Virus record (IMG/VR): IMGVR_UViG_3300045125_000168
Span: 62,001 to 126,000 of that record
Length of the DNA: 64,000 nucleotides
Reading direction: 5' to 3' (one strand)
The notes under the pieces were generated by a model. That model saw only the letters and a program-made list of their open reading frames with translations. It was not told the origin of the DNA and did not search any database. The translations under genes and the position numbers were made by a program. Shown one piece after another: positions 1 to 11,682 of the stretch (its first letter is position 1; each line of letters opens with the position of its first letter).

Positions 1-625
1 CCTTTTCTTTTTCCCTCTCTGTGCCTTTGCGAGCTTGCGCTCCATCATTCCGGTAGTAGCGTCCGTTGGACACCTTTTCCCCGTTTGATAGGGTTGCTAC
101 AGATTTCAATCCTAAATCTATGCCTACCTCACCTTGAACTTTAGGTGCTCGTACCTCGTAGTCTATGGAGACACAAAGATACCATCTCCCGCGAGAGTCT
201 TCGCAAAACTCACCTGCTCCATGAGCTACATCAGGCAACCGTTCCGGCTGAAACAATTTAAACTTGTGACCAGCGTAGGTGGCTTTGCCGTTTTTAAAAG
301 AGATCCCTGTCTTCTTGAAAGGTATCCAACCAAGGGATTTTTTTCCACGCCATCTCAGTTTTCTTTTTTGGCTTTTTTGTCTTCTGAGAGCGTATTCCTG
401 ACAGACCTCTTGGATGGTGGTCGAGTTAAGACCTAATTCTTTGCTAGAACCTTTTGTGAGCTTTTCTAAGTCTTGCGCGTTGAGCCACCGGCTATGGTTT
501 CGCAAGGCATAAAAAGAAGTTTCATTACAAAAATTCCAGACATAATTGACGGCTCGTGCCATTTGTTTCAGGTGCTTGGCAGTGGCAGCGTCTTTTATGC
601 GAATTTTAATAGTTTTTTTTGACAT
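1..625 (-). CDS. tnpB: RNA-guided endonuclease TnpB (N-terminal part, partial)
   Basis: Manual translation MSKKTIKIRIKDAATAKHLKQMARAVNYVWNFCNE...GRWYLCVS...EVGIDLGLKSVATLSNG, containing the RuvC-I motif GIDLG. Missing from the ORF track because there is no stop in the window. Confidence 0.9.
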   Translation of the reverse strand, partial: MSKKTIKIRIKDAATAKHLKQMARAVNYVWNFCNETSFYALRNHSRWLNAQDLEKLTKGSSKELGLNSTTIQEVCQEYALRRQKSQKRKLRWRGKKSLGWIPFKKTGISFKNGKATYAGHKFKLFQPERLPDVAHGAGEFCEDSRGRWYLCVSIDYEVRAPKVQGEVGIDLGLKSVATLSNGEKVSNGRYYRNDGAQARKGTEREKEK

Positions 626-732
626 CGCATCGCGATGTTTACACTATTTTCGGCACCTTTTCAAGGTTCAGCTTCGCTGGGCGCGGCTTATATCCCCATG
701 CCTAAAGGCAGGGGCTTTACGCCGTTTTCTCG
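1..732 (-). mobile_element. IS200/IS605-family (tnpB-only, IS1341-like) element, left end and 5' part; runs off the window
   Basis: Minus strand reads TTAC|CGAGAAAACGGCGT-AAAG-CCCCTGCC-TTTA-GGCATGGGG (hairpin 694-714), the IS608-type left-end layout, directly followed by tnpB with no tnpA. Confidence 0.85.
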
Positions 733-891
733 GTAAATGATCGCATGAATTAACTTTTCTCTTTGCGTGGGCAGTTTCAATTTCTTTGCTCACCCTTTGC
801 GCGTCAAAGAGTCAGTTACCCGGAAATCCCGGATAACTGATTATCCCAAATAACTCTTTAACATGCTGTAATTACTGGCTTTTAAGGCTAG

Positions 892-980
892 TGGCGGAGG
901 GGTGGGATTTGAACCCACGGACCAGTTTCCCAGTCGCGGCCTTAGCAAGGCCGTGCCTTAAGCCACTCGGCCACCTCTCC
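892..980 (-). tRNA. tRNA-Ser(GCT)
   Basis: GGAGAGGTGGCCGAGTGGCTTAAGGCA...GGCC-TTGCTAA-GGCC, long variable arm, GTGGGTTCAAATCCCAC, encoded CCA. The 3' acceptor strand is one base short, probably a read error. Confidence 0.92.
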
Positions 981-1048
981 ATCGAATGATGAATCAACTA
1001 TATCTCCCACAAAGATTTTTTCAAAGAACTTCTTGGGAGATCTTGTCG

Positions 1049-1393
1049 ATGTCGTTTCTCAAACGCCTGATGATCCTTGCCGTGAAGAAAACCGAATACT
1101 TTGTCTGGGACGAGATGGAATCCGATGGGATCGCTATCGGACCCTCAGCCAAAGAAAATGTTATCCTGCAAGTGCTCGGCTTCTCCAAGCTCGGTCTGCG
1201 CATCGCAGGACAAGCGCCGTTTGAGAAGTTCAAGTTCAACTGGTGGAGTCCCAACTCAGGCTTGATTCATACCGAACTAGAGGTCGTTACCCAGTCCAAA
1301 AACTATTTTGAAGCCAAGTTTGTGGGCTCAAACCCAGCGATCCAACGCGAGATCAAATTCTGGGAAAAACGCTATCCCAAAAAGGTTAGCTAG
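1049..1393 (+). CDS. hypothetical protein with MSFLKRLMILA leader
   Basis: RBS GGGAGA at 1035-1040 favours ATG 1049; AAGATT at 1012. Confidence 0.6.
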   Translation: MSFLKRLMILAVKKTEYFVWDEMESDGIAIGPSAKENVILQVLGFSKLGLRIAGQAPFEKFKFNWWSPNSGLIHTELEVVTQSKNYFEAKFVGSNPAIQREIKFWEKRYPKKVS

Positions 1394-1818
1394 GTGAGAA
1401 CGTGTGCCCTGGTGTGGGTTCGAGGATATCGCGAATAAATTTTTCGACCATCTTTTCCAGGTTACCTTCGTCAATCATCACAGGCGAAAACCCTTCGTTG
1501 ACGATTTGTGCCGCCAATTCGATGCGGTCCCCTTTCTCACCTAACGGCTCAGTCCACAGGGCTTTGTACAAAACTTTGCTGCGAATAAGTGCCCGTTTTG
1601 CCTTTCGAGCGGTGCAATCGACGCAGTTGGCCGTTCCAAGCGCGAAGCTCTTTCAGCGAATGAAGGTAGGCGTTAGGAGTTTGGTAGTGAGTGATTTTAA
1701 ACAAATTTTTCGCGATTGGTAGCTGCAACTCGGAAAGTTTGTTGAGCGCCTTGCTACGGTGAAAAGCGTTGCTCCGCACTTCATTTATTTTTTCTTGGAT
1801 TTTTTGCAAAAAAACCAT
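1386..1818 (-). CDS. hypothetical protein (frameshifted, two ORF pieces)
   Basis: ORFs 1549..1818 and 1386..1571 overlap in different frames; MVFLQKIQ leader. Confidence 0.5.
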
Positions 1819-1946
1819 AATTAAGCGTCCACTTTTTTCAATGATTTAATAACTTCATCACGGCTCCGTCAACACTTCAACGCGAAAAATCTCACGTCGC
1901 CTAATCCTTGGGATTAAGTTTTTAATTTTTTTGATGAAGATCAGCA

Positions 1947-2434
1947 TCAATCTTCGTTGATTATCTCGTGGAAAATATCTAATTCTTTTTCCAAAGTAAG
2001 CTCTTTCAAATATTCTAGTCGCGTAAGCGCGACACCTGTCACACCAGCCGCTTGAGCAGGTTTGTATAAAGTTGTGGCATCCTTTCGCACTACCGAGATT
2101 GCGAGGTTTAGTTTGTTTTTACACTCGGCGACCGCCATATCAAGTTCTTCAATCATCTCGACTTTTTTTAAGGTTTTCTTTTGCTCCTGAATCAACGCAC
2201 GGTACTCGGCAAAAAACGCCTCTTCCTTTTTGCAAAATCGTCATCTAGCCCCATGATTCGTTTTACAAAGAGAGTATGATCGACAACTGCCGCGCTAACC
2301 TGCAAGCTATCAATTTGTTCAATTATTTTTTGATATTGATTGGCCAAGCTGCTTAACATTTTAATGCGCTTTGTTAAGAGCTTAGACACCTCATTGCGAA
2401 ATTCTGTGCGAGCCAAAGCAGTGATAAAACCCAC
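1947..2434 (-). CDS. two small coupled hypothetical proteins (2192-2434, 1947-2195)
   Basis: Overlapping stop/start, GGGAG RBS, downstream of a sigma-28-type promoter. Confidence 0.5.
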
Positions 2435-2498
2435 GAAAAAACTCCCTTAACCAAGCCCGACCAAAAATTTGCAATAACTGGACCAGCTACCTACCATA

Positions 2499-2525
2499 TT
2501 ATCGGTATTTCTTTGTGAAAACTAA
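2499..2525 (-). promoter_or_regulatory. sigma-28 (FliA)-type promoter
   Basis: TTAG-N15-ACCGATAA, intergenic, pointing at ORF 2434. Confidence 0.65.
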
Positions 2526-2845
2526 ATGGCTATCTTTTTTGAATTATTTCGGTGGCTTGTGGCCTATACCTTGGCAAAGGCGTGGGCAAACCTGCGGTAG
2601 CGGTCTTGGCTGAATCCGATAATCTCAGTCGAAAGCTCCCCTTGGTCCCAGAATTGAAGGACGGGAAAACGTAGCCATTCGCTCGCAACCCGCGCCTCTT
2701 TAAGCTCGGACCACGAGAAAAGGAAAAGGGGACGTTGGCTTTTTTTAGCTCGCTTTGAGCCAACAACGTCCACTGCTCATTCAACTCACCGACCAGCACA
2801 ACAAGGTGCTGATCGGTGTCGATGAGATCAAAGTAGGCTTGATCT

Positions 2846-4034
2846 TTAGAGCGTGTCATCGTCATCCAACATCGGGGCTGGTTTGCGACGAGCCGCTGCT
2901 GCGGCCATTTGTTTCTTCTCGGTTTCTGCTTTGCGCATCGACGTCACTTTGCAAGCCGAAAAGCAATCGACGTTCCCTGCGAAGTCACCGAACGCCGTTG
3001 GACAGCCCTCGTAAGCTGCCGCTTGCGCTTCAGCAAGGCTCACAGGGCTCATAGCAGCCTTCGCTCCAGGACGAGGGCGGGAGCTTCATCTCTCACCGCA
3101 GCGACCTTCGCGGCCTTTAGATGTGCAGGGGCGGGAGAAACTTCCGTGTCCTCAGGGTCCACACCCAAAGTCAACCTCCGGTTGCTTCTGAAACTCTTGA
3201 AAGGAGGACGGTTTGGCAAACCCGTGCGAGGACTCTTCAGCCGCTGGTGCCGCTTGGTAGTAGCCTTGAGTGCGCAGGCTTCGTCGCATCTCTTCGCGGG
3301 ACGATGTGGTGCGCAGATATTCCACATGGCTGGTTTTTTACCGTCGCCTTGCAGTTTTTTCTTCGAGCCATCGGGGTATTTTTGGACGATGACGTTTTGC
3401 AACGCTTCCTTGTCCAACGCCACGCTCTTGGTATCGAGTGAAGCCGAGTACATGTTGGCAGGCTCTTGGGACTTATCAAATTTAATAAGCACCAAAAGCT
3501 CCGCGATCGGGATGGGTCACAGGAAAATTAGCCATTGGCTTTTTCAAGTCTTGGATGCGCTTGAAAAGCCGAAGCCGACATCTCCAGAAGGAAAATACCT
3601 TGCAGGCTGTTGACCGTATCACCGTCAACATTTTCTTCAGCGAGGTAGTGGAACACGTTCATGTAATAGCGATACTGACCGACGATTTTGGAGCCGCCTG
3701 TACCGACTGTGCCTGCGAGTTGCAAACGGCAGCAGTCGCACACTTCTTCGCGGTTATCGACAAAATCATCTTTTTGCGAATCCCAAGCATGGCAGTATTC
3801 ATAATACCGCTTGCCGTTTTTTGTCGTCACCGCATGGCGGTAGTCAGTCCACACAGGACCAACGGGACGTACTAGCTGCCAATCTTTGTCTGGAAACTCA
3901 AATGGTTTAACGAAATCGCTCCAACGGTGACGCTCATCAAGAGTAGGCACACTGTCGATTTCCTTAGCATCCCAGCACTCCTTAGATGTTTTGTTTTGAC
4001 GCGATGACGTGTGAGCAAAATGCTCTTGTGTCAA
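2846..4034 (-). CDS. gp32-like single-stranded DNA-binding protein (frameshifted)
   Basis: H..C..CDCC putative Zn ligands, YRYYMNVF strand, acidic C-terminal tail MLDDDDTL across pieces 3528-4034, 3049-3495, 2846-3052; replication-gene context. Confidence 0.55.
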
Positions 4035-5411
4035 TCAAGCAATCTAACACAATCAGGTGCTTTCATGTTTGAAAAGTTCTGAAGTTCTATTTGATCTGGC
4101 AAAATATCTTGCGCTAAGTCCACTAAGTTATTGAGGAGCGCAAACAGCTTTCTCTTGAGAGGCATTCTTTCGAGTGTCAAACGCAGAACTTCTTTTTCTT
4201 CCTCTTGCACTCTGGTTTCTCTTGCGGAAGGGTCTTCCAAACGGTCTTTAGGCGTTGTCACTTGGCCCACGTCGTCGTTGGAATAAAGCCTTTTTTCCAG
4301 GGAATGGGGATTTTGCAAAGCGATCTGCGAATAGATCTCCAAAACCTCAGCCAAAGGAATGTCATAGGCTTCGGCTAACTCTTGAAGAGAGCGCACGTCA
4401 CGGCCTTGCTTTCTGTGAAAGTCTTTTTAAACGCTTCCAGTTCGCGGTACTTTTGCCAAGACTGATAAGGCAACGCCACGAGGTTGTAGTTCGAGAGTTG
4501 GTAATAGATCTCGTAACGAATCTCGCGCTCGGCAAAGGTCGGAAAACTCAGCTGACATGCTGGGGGCATACTTCGGCAATGGCTTTCATCAAGCCACATT
4601 ACAACCGTAGTTAAACGTGTCGAAAAATTGCCACGCTTGGTTGCTTGCCGCGATCTGCTTTGTGAGAGTGTAGACGAGGCGAAGATAGGGGCGATGATAT
4701 CCAGTGTTTGATCTGAACGGTCTGTTCATAGGTTTCGATCAGAAGGTGAACCATCATAAACCAGTGGGACCGAGGCCGTAAAGACCGAGTTCTTTCTCAG
4801 CCCACTCCTCAAAGACCACTTCAGCGTAAGGGTCGGTCATGAGCTTACCAACTCCCACTCTCGCCAAAGTTCTTGAGCTTCCCGAGCTTTTGCCTTGAAC
4901 CACCACTCCCAAACCGTGCGCGATGGATTGAGATCCCAAAGGGAACGCCAGATCTCGTGAGTTTTTGGGGCCTGATTTTTTGCCTGATACTCGGTCACGG
5001 CATACCAAAGGGCATGTGCCGCTCCCACCAAATTGGTGCTTTTGCTTTTTCCAACTTGATAGACGCTTTCTTCTTCGTTGACGTCTTCCATGATGTTAGC
5101 ATTTTCAGCTAAAATTTCTATTCTTAGAAGTGCCCGAAGCTACCGCTGAAAGCTGAAGCAACAAAAGATCCCAAAAGCGCGTCGAGGGCATCGGGCACAA
5201 AAGTAAGAAAAGAATCCATAGTGTAAGTGCTCTAGGTGTGAAAACAGTTCAAAGATGATTGCTGCGGAGCGGGCGGAGGCTTGAAAATCAGCGTTCTGAG
5301 TTCCTCATCACCCTCGATAAATTCATTGAAGTGCTTAGGTGGTAACGATTTCTTTTTACGGCCCATAAACCCACCTTCAAGATTATGTAAAACCAACTTG
5401 TGAGGGTCCGA

Positions 5412-5965
5412 ATGAATTTAACGATCGCTCAACTGAAAAGAATGACCCCAGCGAGTATTCGCAAGTATGCCAGTACCGGGGTGATGATTAACACAATTCA
5501 ACGTCGTGGAGTGTCCATGAAGGACGCTCCCGCAGTGCATTCTACAGGTGATCGGTGTCGTGCCTACTACTGTACTACAGCGATCTCGGAACAAATACAA
5601 CGAGAAAATCGGTCAAAAAGCGCAAAGGCGGGGAAGCCCTACGCCTAGTGTCATTAAAAACTTTGGAACTAAAAAGAGAACCAGAAAACTGGTTATTTAA
5701 AGATAATAGCCTTGTTTGGGTCCACTGTGATTGTCCTTATTTTTCTACACCTCGAAGTCGTCCTCGCCCGTCAAGGATGTAGTGAAGTTAAATTTAAGGG
5801 TGAGTCTGGAAAGAAAAACCCTGGGTGAAAAGACGTTCCAACGGAGCCCTACTGAAAGTCAGGAACCCGCAGGGAATCCCGTACTTGTGCAAGCATCTGT
5901 ATGCGACGGTTCAGCTTCTTCTGGCTCAGGATCGAGGAAAGAATCGTTATACTGGTCCGTTTTAG
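5412..5965 (+). CDS. SWIM zinc-finger protein (frameshifted)
   Basis: VHCDCPYF...NPQGIPYLCKHLYA, the CxC-n-CxH signature. Confidence 0.7.
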
Positions 5966-6537
5966 GACGAGTATGGAACCTTGCGCAGTTGGATTTTGTC
6001 CATGCAGTCATTCAAGTAAAGGGTCTGACTGGAAGCAAAACTCCAAGGCATGGCTCAAGGAATTTTTGAACGACACCACAATCACCTGCTTTCCAGCATC
6101 TAGCACCTGCTGGACCGCAGGTGTAAAATCACCGGTCCCCTGAAATCAGGACAGCCACGTCATAGTGATCGAGGTAAGCGCCCTTCACCATGTCGCAAGC
6201 GAGCAGGATATCCTCACCCTTTGAGTAATGATGCGACGGTGCTCCAAAACCGAAACTCCTCGGCAAGTGGCTGAGGGTTTTTAAGGAGCGGCACAGACCG
6301 CACTCGGATCTTCAAATCCCGCGTCAAAATCCTTAGAAACGAGCGATGCCGATCGTCCATCTCGTGGTCCACAGGCAAAGCCGTATAGTAATTGATGCTC
6401 ACCAGATGATCGTCCGGCTGAACCAGCCAATCTTTGAGTTTGCGAAAATCGATGCGCACATTCAGAGTCTGCGAACAATGAAACAAAAAGGGCCGTCAAT
6501 AAAAAATGCTTTTAAAAAGAGGTCTGTGACGATACAT
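5961..6537 (-). CDS. NYN-domain (LabA/DUF88) PIN-fold nuclease (frameshifted)
   Basis: IFIDG, YYTA, KGEDILLACDMV, LISGDGDFTPAV motifs. Confidence 0.85.
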
Positions 6538-6538
6538 G

Positions 6539-7439
6539 CTACTTAATCCTTAGTAAATTTTTAAACATCTCTTGACGATCTTTCTCGCTTGGCGAGAAGC
6601 ACACACCTTGCCAGGGACAACCATCCCCATCCGATATCACATCGCACATACCAGGAACGTCCTCGGGTTGACCCTTTTCCAAACAAGCATCAAGCGTCTT
6701 CTTCTTCTCCTGCTCTTCTTGAAATAATGAAGATCCTGTGCCTGGATAAAACCACATCTTGTGCGGTTTTGGCCGAGGTTTCCCAATCCAAAGAATCATG
6801 CGTCCGACAATCGGTATCCAATAACTTTGACTTATCAAGGTGGCATAAGCAGACACCTGATAAAGATCAGACTCATAAGGTTTGACCGCTTTGGCTATAA
6901 TATTATGATTGCGCGTTTTGAGTTCCAAGACAACATATCCGTTTAGCTTTTCGCAAAAAACTAAACCGTCACAATGCCCTGAAAAACCAGTCGAGGGATC
7001 ATGCACCACCTTTTCCACATAGGTCGCAGGTGCGTGACACCGAAGACACTTGCCATGCGGTAGGCGGGTATTCTGAAACACCATCCCACAAGCATTTAAG
7101 TCAGAACACGACCAGTCCCCCCACAAAAGACCTTGCGCCCCCAGGTCTCCTGCACCAAGGCGTGAACCGCTCGACCCACATGGAAGTGGCAACGCATGGT
7201 GAAGTCTTCATCTTTTTTGGAAAATCCTCAGGACGCTTTTTGTGGAAAAGACCAAACATCAACGCCCTTGGACAACTCGGAAGAGACGAGCCGCGAAACT
7301 CAAAGCGCCACGACACCTCTTCCTTGTGGTCCAAAAGCGTGTCCAGAACAAACTGGTCCAATACGGCATAGGGATTGTTCAAGCAAAACCTCAAACGCGC
7401 TGATAAGAAGACGCCTGCTCCACTCGACGCTGATCCCAA
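6539..7439 (-). CDS. Cas4-like PD-(D/E)xK exonuclease with Cys cluster (frameshifted)
   Basis: SSLPSCPR, GHCDG, LELKT, YQVSAYA and C-terminal C..C.W..VC. Confidence 0.8.
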
Positions 7440-8545
7440 TCAATACGAGGTGGCAAGTCCTCTAAGTCCGGTTTTCTAGTCAAAAGGTCGCCTGCGAACA
7501 CTAAAAGACCCTGCCGCTTTTGCGCGTCCACGGTGTTCGGAGCGTGAGTCACCTCACGGGTCAAAAGATTGTAGAGGTCGTAACAGGTTATGGGCAGTAG
7601 AAGCTCGCTTAAACCACTGGGGCGAGGGCTTCTCATCCATATCCTTAAGACCATAGGCATCCACAATGTCCTTCCACCCTAAGGTGTCCTCAAGACGCTG
7701 CTTGAGTTCCGGGTCGCCTTCCCCATGCTCCCGGAAAAGCCCGAGGATGCTGCTGCGCACTTTCTTCGACCTCAGCCACACTGGCCTGCTGACGACGAAG
7801 CCGCGCAATCAACCGATCGACTTGACTCCAGTTCGGCTCAGGGGGAGACTGCAAGAACGTAAAGAAACTCTCCGCTCGTAGCTCCGAAGCGTTTTCATAC
7901 TTGAGCGGGTAGAGGTAAGAGTCTTCCGGCATATAGGTCAAGTTGGCACAGATCATCCGCTCCAGGGAGACATGGAACGCTGGGACCTCTTGTCCCCAAA
8001 TGCTATGACGAAACTCATAACCCCAGCGCCACACGGGTTCCGTGTCGCTTAGGACATCATGCTCCTCTTTAAGGAACATCAGATAGCTCACATGCCCGTC
8101 TTGAAGAGACGCCGATTTTAAAGCCAGAGGGCAATTAGAGCGGCCCAAATATTCTTCCAGGCGTTGATCGACTTGAATCGCCTCGGAACCTGTAAAGAAA
8201 AGGTTTTCTTTTTCGCTGAGACCTACAAGCCCCTGCTCCGGGTGTGTCACTGCACTGTAATACTTGTCACCGTTGACTTCCGAAAGCTGCTTGTGCAGGT
8301 AGGCCAGAACGTGACCGCGACCCGCGTTTTTGAGTTTCTTAGCAAACCCAAACGGCGCTCCTAAGTAGCCCACCAACTGCTCAAACGCACCATCATGGAG
8401 CGGAATGTGGCTTTCACCTTCAGCCAGACTGACAACCAGGGAGGCGTTGTCACCAAGTTCTAAGTCTAGTTGGGGAAGCTGAATCGTGCGGTACTCATAG
8501 GGGAAAACGCATCGGCTCTCAGTAGCATGGAAGCAAACCTCACAA
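7391..8545 (-). CDS. DUF932-like phage protein (frameshifted)
   Basis: HSIWG...LERMICANL motif and TCYDLYNLLT...TH tail typical of this family. Confidence 0.5.
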
Positions 8546-8679
8546 AACTCAAAGAAGGGGGAATTTAGGATAGCCTAGCACCCTTTTTGGCCGGAGGTCA
8601 CGCTTTCTTTTGACCTATTGCTCGGGTACTGTTTCCTGACGAGGAACACTCCTTGCAATGAGAGAGGTGAGGTTATTTT

Positions 8680-9234
8680 ATGTTTAAAAAAACGATGGTT
8701 AAGGCAGAAAAAACAAAGCTAAAAAAGAAAACTCCCCAGGATATTACTGATGCCCTGGTGTCTAGTTTTTTCGACACTTTGTACAAAAGATTGTCACAAG
8801 TCTCAGCCCCAAGTTATTTAGAACAGCTAGAGTTACTCACGGCGGATACTATCGATTTTAAGGAGAAAAAAAGGCAATTAGACTTTGGGAGAGAGGTCAA
8901 GGAAGCCAGACAGGCTCTTAGCAGAGTTTGACGAGATTTTTGCCGCCCATGTGACGAGTTTTGGAGTTATGTGCAAAAAGTCCAAGAGGCAAATTGGCCG
9001 TCCCACAAAAACGATGTGCGTGAGGCATGGACCCGTTGGGCTTCAAAAGCGGAACGCACGATCAAGCTGGTGCAAGCAAAAACAGAAGTGTGTATTGAAA
9101 ATTTGTCTGATTACAAAACACAGAAATATGAAAAAATGGCGCGTTTAAAGAAACTTAGAAAAATAAGCTCCGAACAACTATATCGAGCTTGGCTTAACAA
9201 AAAGAACCCTATCACCGGGGAAACACTAGACTAG
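8680..9234 (+). CDS. hypothetical protein (frameshifted)
   Basis: GAGG RBS; two consecutive pieces 8680-8931 and 8971-9234. Confidence 0.45.
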
Positions 9235-10157
9235 CTAGATTCAATACGACCCCAAGCGTGTGCGAACTCAGCGAGCGGGAGATCCCCAGGATCTTTCGCT
9301 CGCGTATTCCAATAGAAAACCTTGAGGCGCTCTTTCGGGAGATACATTCCGAGATCACCGATCACTTGCCGCGTGACGTCAAACCCCGCTTCGTCCTTGT
9401 CAAAGGCCAATACCAGAGTGCCTTGAAAACGTGGCAGGTATTCGACTAAAAATTTGTGCTTCCAAGCGTGTCCCCATTGGCCTGTTCCCAAAATCGCACC
9501 GACCTCGACTTTGCCCTCTAAGCCCATATCCCGCAGATGCTGGTAAGAGCGCAGCGCATCATAAGGCCCTTCGACTAACATCAAATAGTCAGGCCAAATG
9601 CATCGTCGCAAGGCAGGTGCAAACCCAAGAGGGAAAATATCAGGACGCTTTAAGTCCAACCCTTTGGCGTTGACAGCTTTGGGCATCTGCTCCGACGAAA
9701 GACGCAGAAACACTTGATTCGGTGCGCCCTGAGTGCTGGCCAAAGTCAAACCAATGCGCGGCAACCGCTCAGATCCCACGGTGCAAAGCTCAGGGTTAAA
9801 GCGAGCTTGAACCGTAAGAGCTTCCAGGGTCTTTGCCCTGATTTCTCGCCAACCCCAGAACCTTGGCCAAGCCTCTCGTGTCACAACTTGTGTCTCAGGC
9901 TCTTGAGACTCTGACAAGAGTGTCTTTTCAAAACTTTCTAAAAACAAAGCCTGAGGTTTGAACTCAAAGGTCTGAAGCTCGCCCTCATGATGAAACTTGG
10001 CAAGCTCGGTCTCAGGTACTCCCAAGGCTTTAAAGCCCTCGACGGGAGAGACTCCTTTGTTTTTCCCGAAGTGACAACTCCAACAAAAGAAGACCCCAGA
10101 CTTGCAATAGATATTACACGAGGGATCTGCATCAGTATGCCAAGGGCACCGGATCAC
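9231..10157 (-). CDS. DNA primase (Zn finger + TOPRIM)
   Basis: CPWH.D..PSC...FFCWSC zinc finger; VEGPYD and FDKDEAG TOPRIM motifs; KDPGD. Confidence 0.88.
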   Translation of the reverse strand: MIRCPWHTDADPSCNIYCKSGVFFCWSCHFGKNKGVSPVEGFKALGVPETELAKFHHEGELQTFEFKPQALFLESFEKTLLSESQEPETQVVTREAWPRFWGWREIRAKTLEALTVQARFNPELCTVGSERLPRIGLTLASTQGAPNQVFLRLSSEQMPKAVNAKGLDLKRPDIFPLGFAPALRRCIWPDYLMLVEGPYDALRSYQHLRDMGLEGKVEVGAILGTGQWGHAWKHKFLVEYLPRFQGTLVLAFDKDEAGFDVTRQVIGDLGMYLPKERLKVFYWNTRAKDPGDLPLAEFAHAWGRIESS

Positions 10158-11007
10158 GAACGCCTGATCGGTTTTTCATGGGTCCATGATAAAACCGTTC
10201 TAAAATCTCTTGGATCACGGAAGGGGAAACTGCATAGGGTCATTCCCCAGAAGCGAAGTTGGTCGCGTTCTCAATCGCTGCGAGCAAATCCTTTTGCTGA
10301 GTTCAAAGGTGTTGCCAAGAACCTGCAACCGCACTCGATCTTGCCTCCAAAGCGTGGTGCTCTTTATCACGATGTCATAAAGAGCTTCATGGTGGTTGCC
10401 TTCCGCGTCACTCCAGTCTTCAAGAGGTCTTATTTTGGTCTCAACTTCGCGCATGATTTTGGCTTTCTAAATAGGAAATCCGAGGATAGACCGAATCAAG
10501 GACAACTTTTTTCTCGCACCGATTGCACACATGCTGATACTGCGGAGGGTAACTTGTCAACGCTACTCCTGTTGCAACAAGCTCACCAGGGCAAACGTCA
10601 CATTTCTTTCGCTCCAAAAAAGTATCGACTTCATTTTTTTCGAGAAAAAATAGAGTATCCAAAACGTCCTCGCACGGTCATATTTTGTCAATTTTTTCTT
10701 TCATTAAGACTGGATTGAAGACGATTGTCCAGCGCAAAGCGCATTTTTATCAATGCCCATCATACGATCGATGCGAGCCCATTTTTCTTCGGTAGTATGT
10801 CCATCCCAATTAGGCTCGATCTGCTTCAGATTACCGACATTGAAGTTATCAGGAATGTGAAATGTCATTTTACCGCCATCAAGCGACAAAACTCTTTTCC
10901 ACCCTTCCCAATTATTGTCGGTGTCATAGTACCAGCCATCAGCATAACGAAGGGCAAGCATATTGCGCTCATAATATGCCAAGTCCTTCGCTTCAGTTTC
11001 TGTCATC

Positions 11008-11276
11008 TCAGGCTTCCAAGTTCTCATCTCCACCTCTTAATAATCCAAGTTCTTTGGCTAAAGCCTTGCCATGCTCTATTCCAATACGAGATTTATGGAC
11101 TGCTACCCAAAAATCCTTTTCAGTGATCGTTGCATTTATTTCTTCCACTTCCCAGTCTTCCGCAAGAAAAGCCTCTTTAGAAAGTTTTCCCACACAAGAA
11201 AAATCGATCGGCTCGCGGCTGTTCCAACTTTTTCTGAAAAGTTTCTACCGCTTTTCACAGCTTCTAGGATGTTCAT
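11008..11276 (-). CDS. small DUF2829/Tad2-like protein (frameshifted)
   Basis: MNILEAVKSGRNF...AFLAEDWEVE; paralog of 14560-14742. Confidence 0.45.
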
Positions 11277-11343
11277 GTTTTCCCTCTTGAAAGCACTTTA
11301 TCAAAAAACCCAATATGGGTGTGATAATACCCTTTCTGGGTTG

Positions 11344-11682
11344 TTACTCGCCCACACTGAAAAAGGTCTTTCCACCGTCTGTGCTGAAAAGACTCGACTG
11401 ACGTTTGTTCTGCCAAAGGTCGCGTTGTTCCCAAGGAAGCCTTTCTTCGGGTATCTTTTCCCATTCGGCAGCATCGCTTGTGACGGGAGTGAGAACTTGA
11501 AATTTTGCGAGCTTTTGAAAGACACTCAGGACGAGATCCGAAGACGCTCCACTGTGCCCTTCTTTGGCATGGGTCTCAATCAAGCGAAGCACGGCTTCTC
11601 CGATAAGACCATCGTAACAATCCTTGTCAAATAGACCTGCGCGTTGCAATTCTTCTCTCGCGTGTTCGATTAGTTTGCTCAT
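11344..11682 (-). CDS. conserved phage hypothetical protein
   Basis: HAREEL..AG, EGHSGAS, LTP.T...EW, WQNKR.S.LFS.DGGKT pattern common in phages. Confidence 0.55.
   Translation of the reverse strand: MSKLIEHAREELQRAGLFDKDCYDGLIGEAVLRLIETHAKEGHSGASSDLVLSVFQKLAKFQVLTPVTSDAAEWEKIPEERLPWEQRDLWQNKRQSSLFSTDGGKTFFSVGE

Noticed and set aside
546-740. 64-aa plus-strand ORF ending LISPCLKAGALRR
   Set aside because: Spurious translation of the IS left-end hairpin, antisense to tnpB.
812-840. 12-bp imperfect palindrome TCAGTTACCCGG/CCGGATAACTGA
   Set aside because: Single copy and no T-tract; no function can be supported.
9987-11634. Long plus-strand ORFs (9987-10718, 11071-11634)
   Set aside because: Antisense shadows of a packed minus-strand gene run, with no recognisable motifs.
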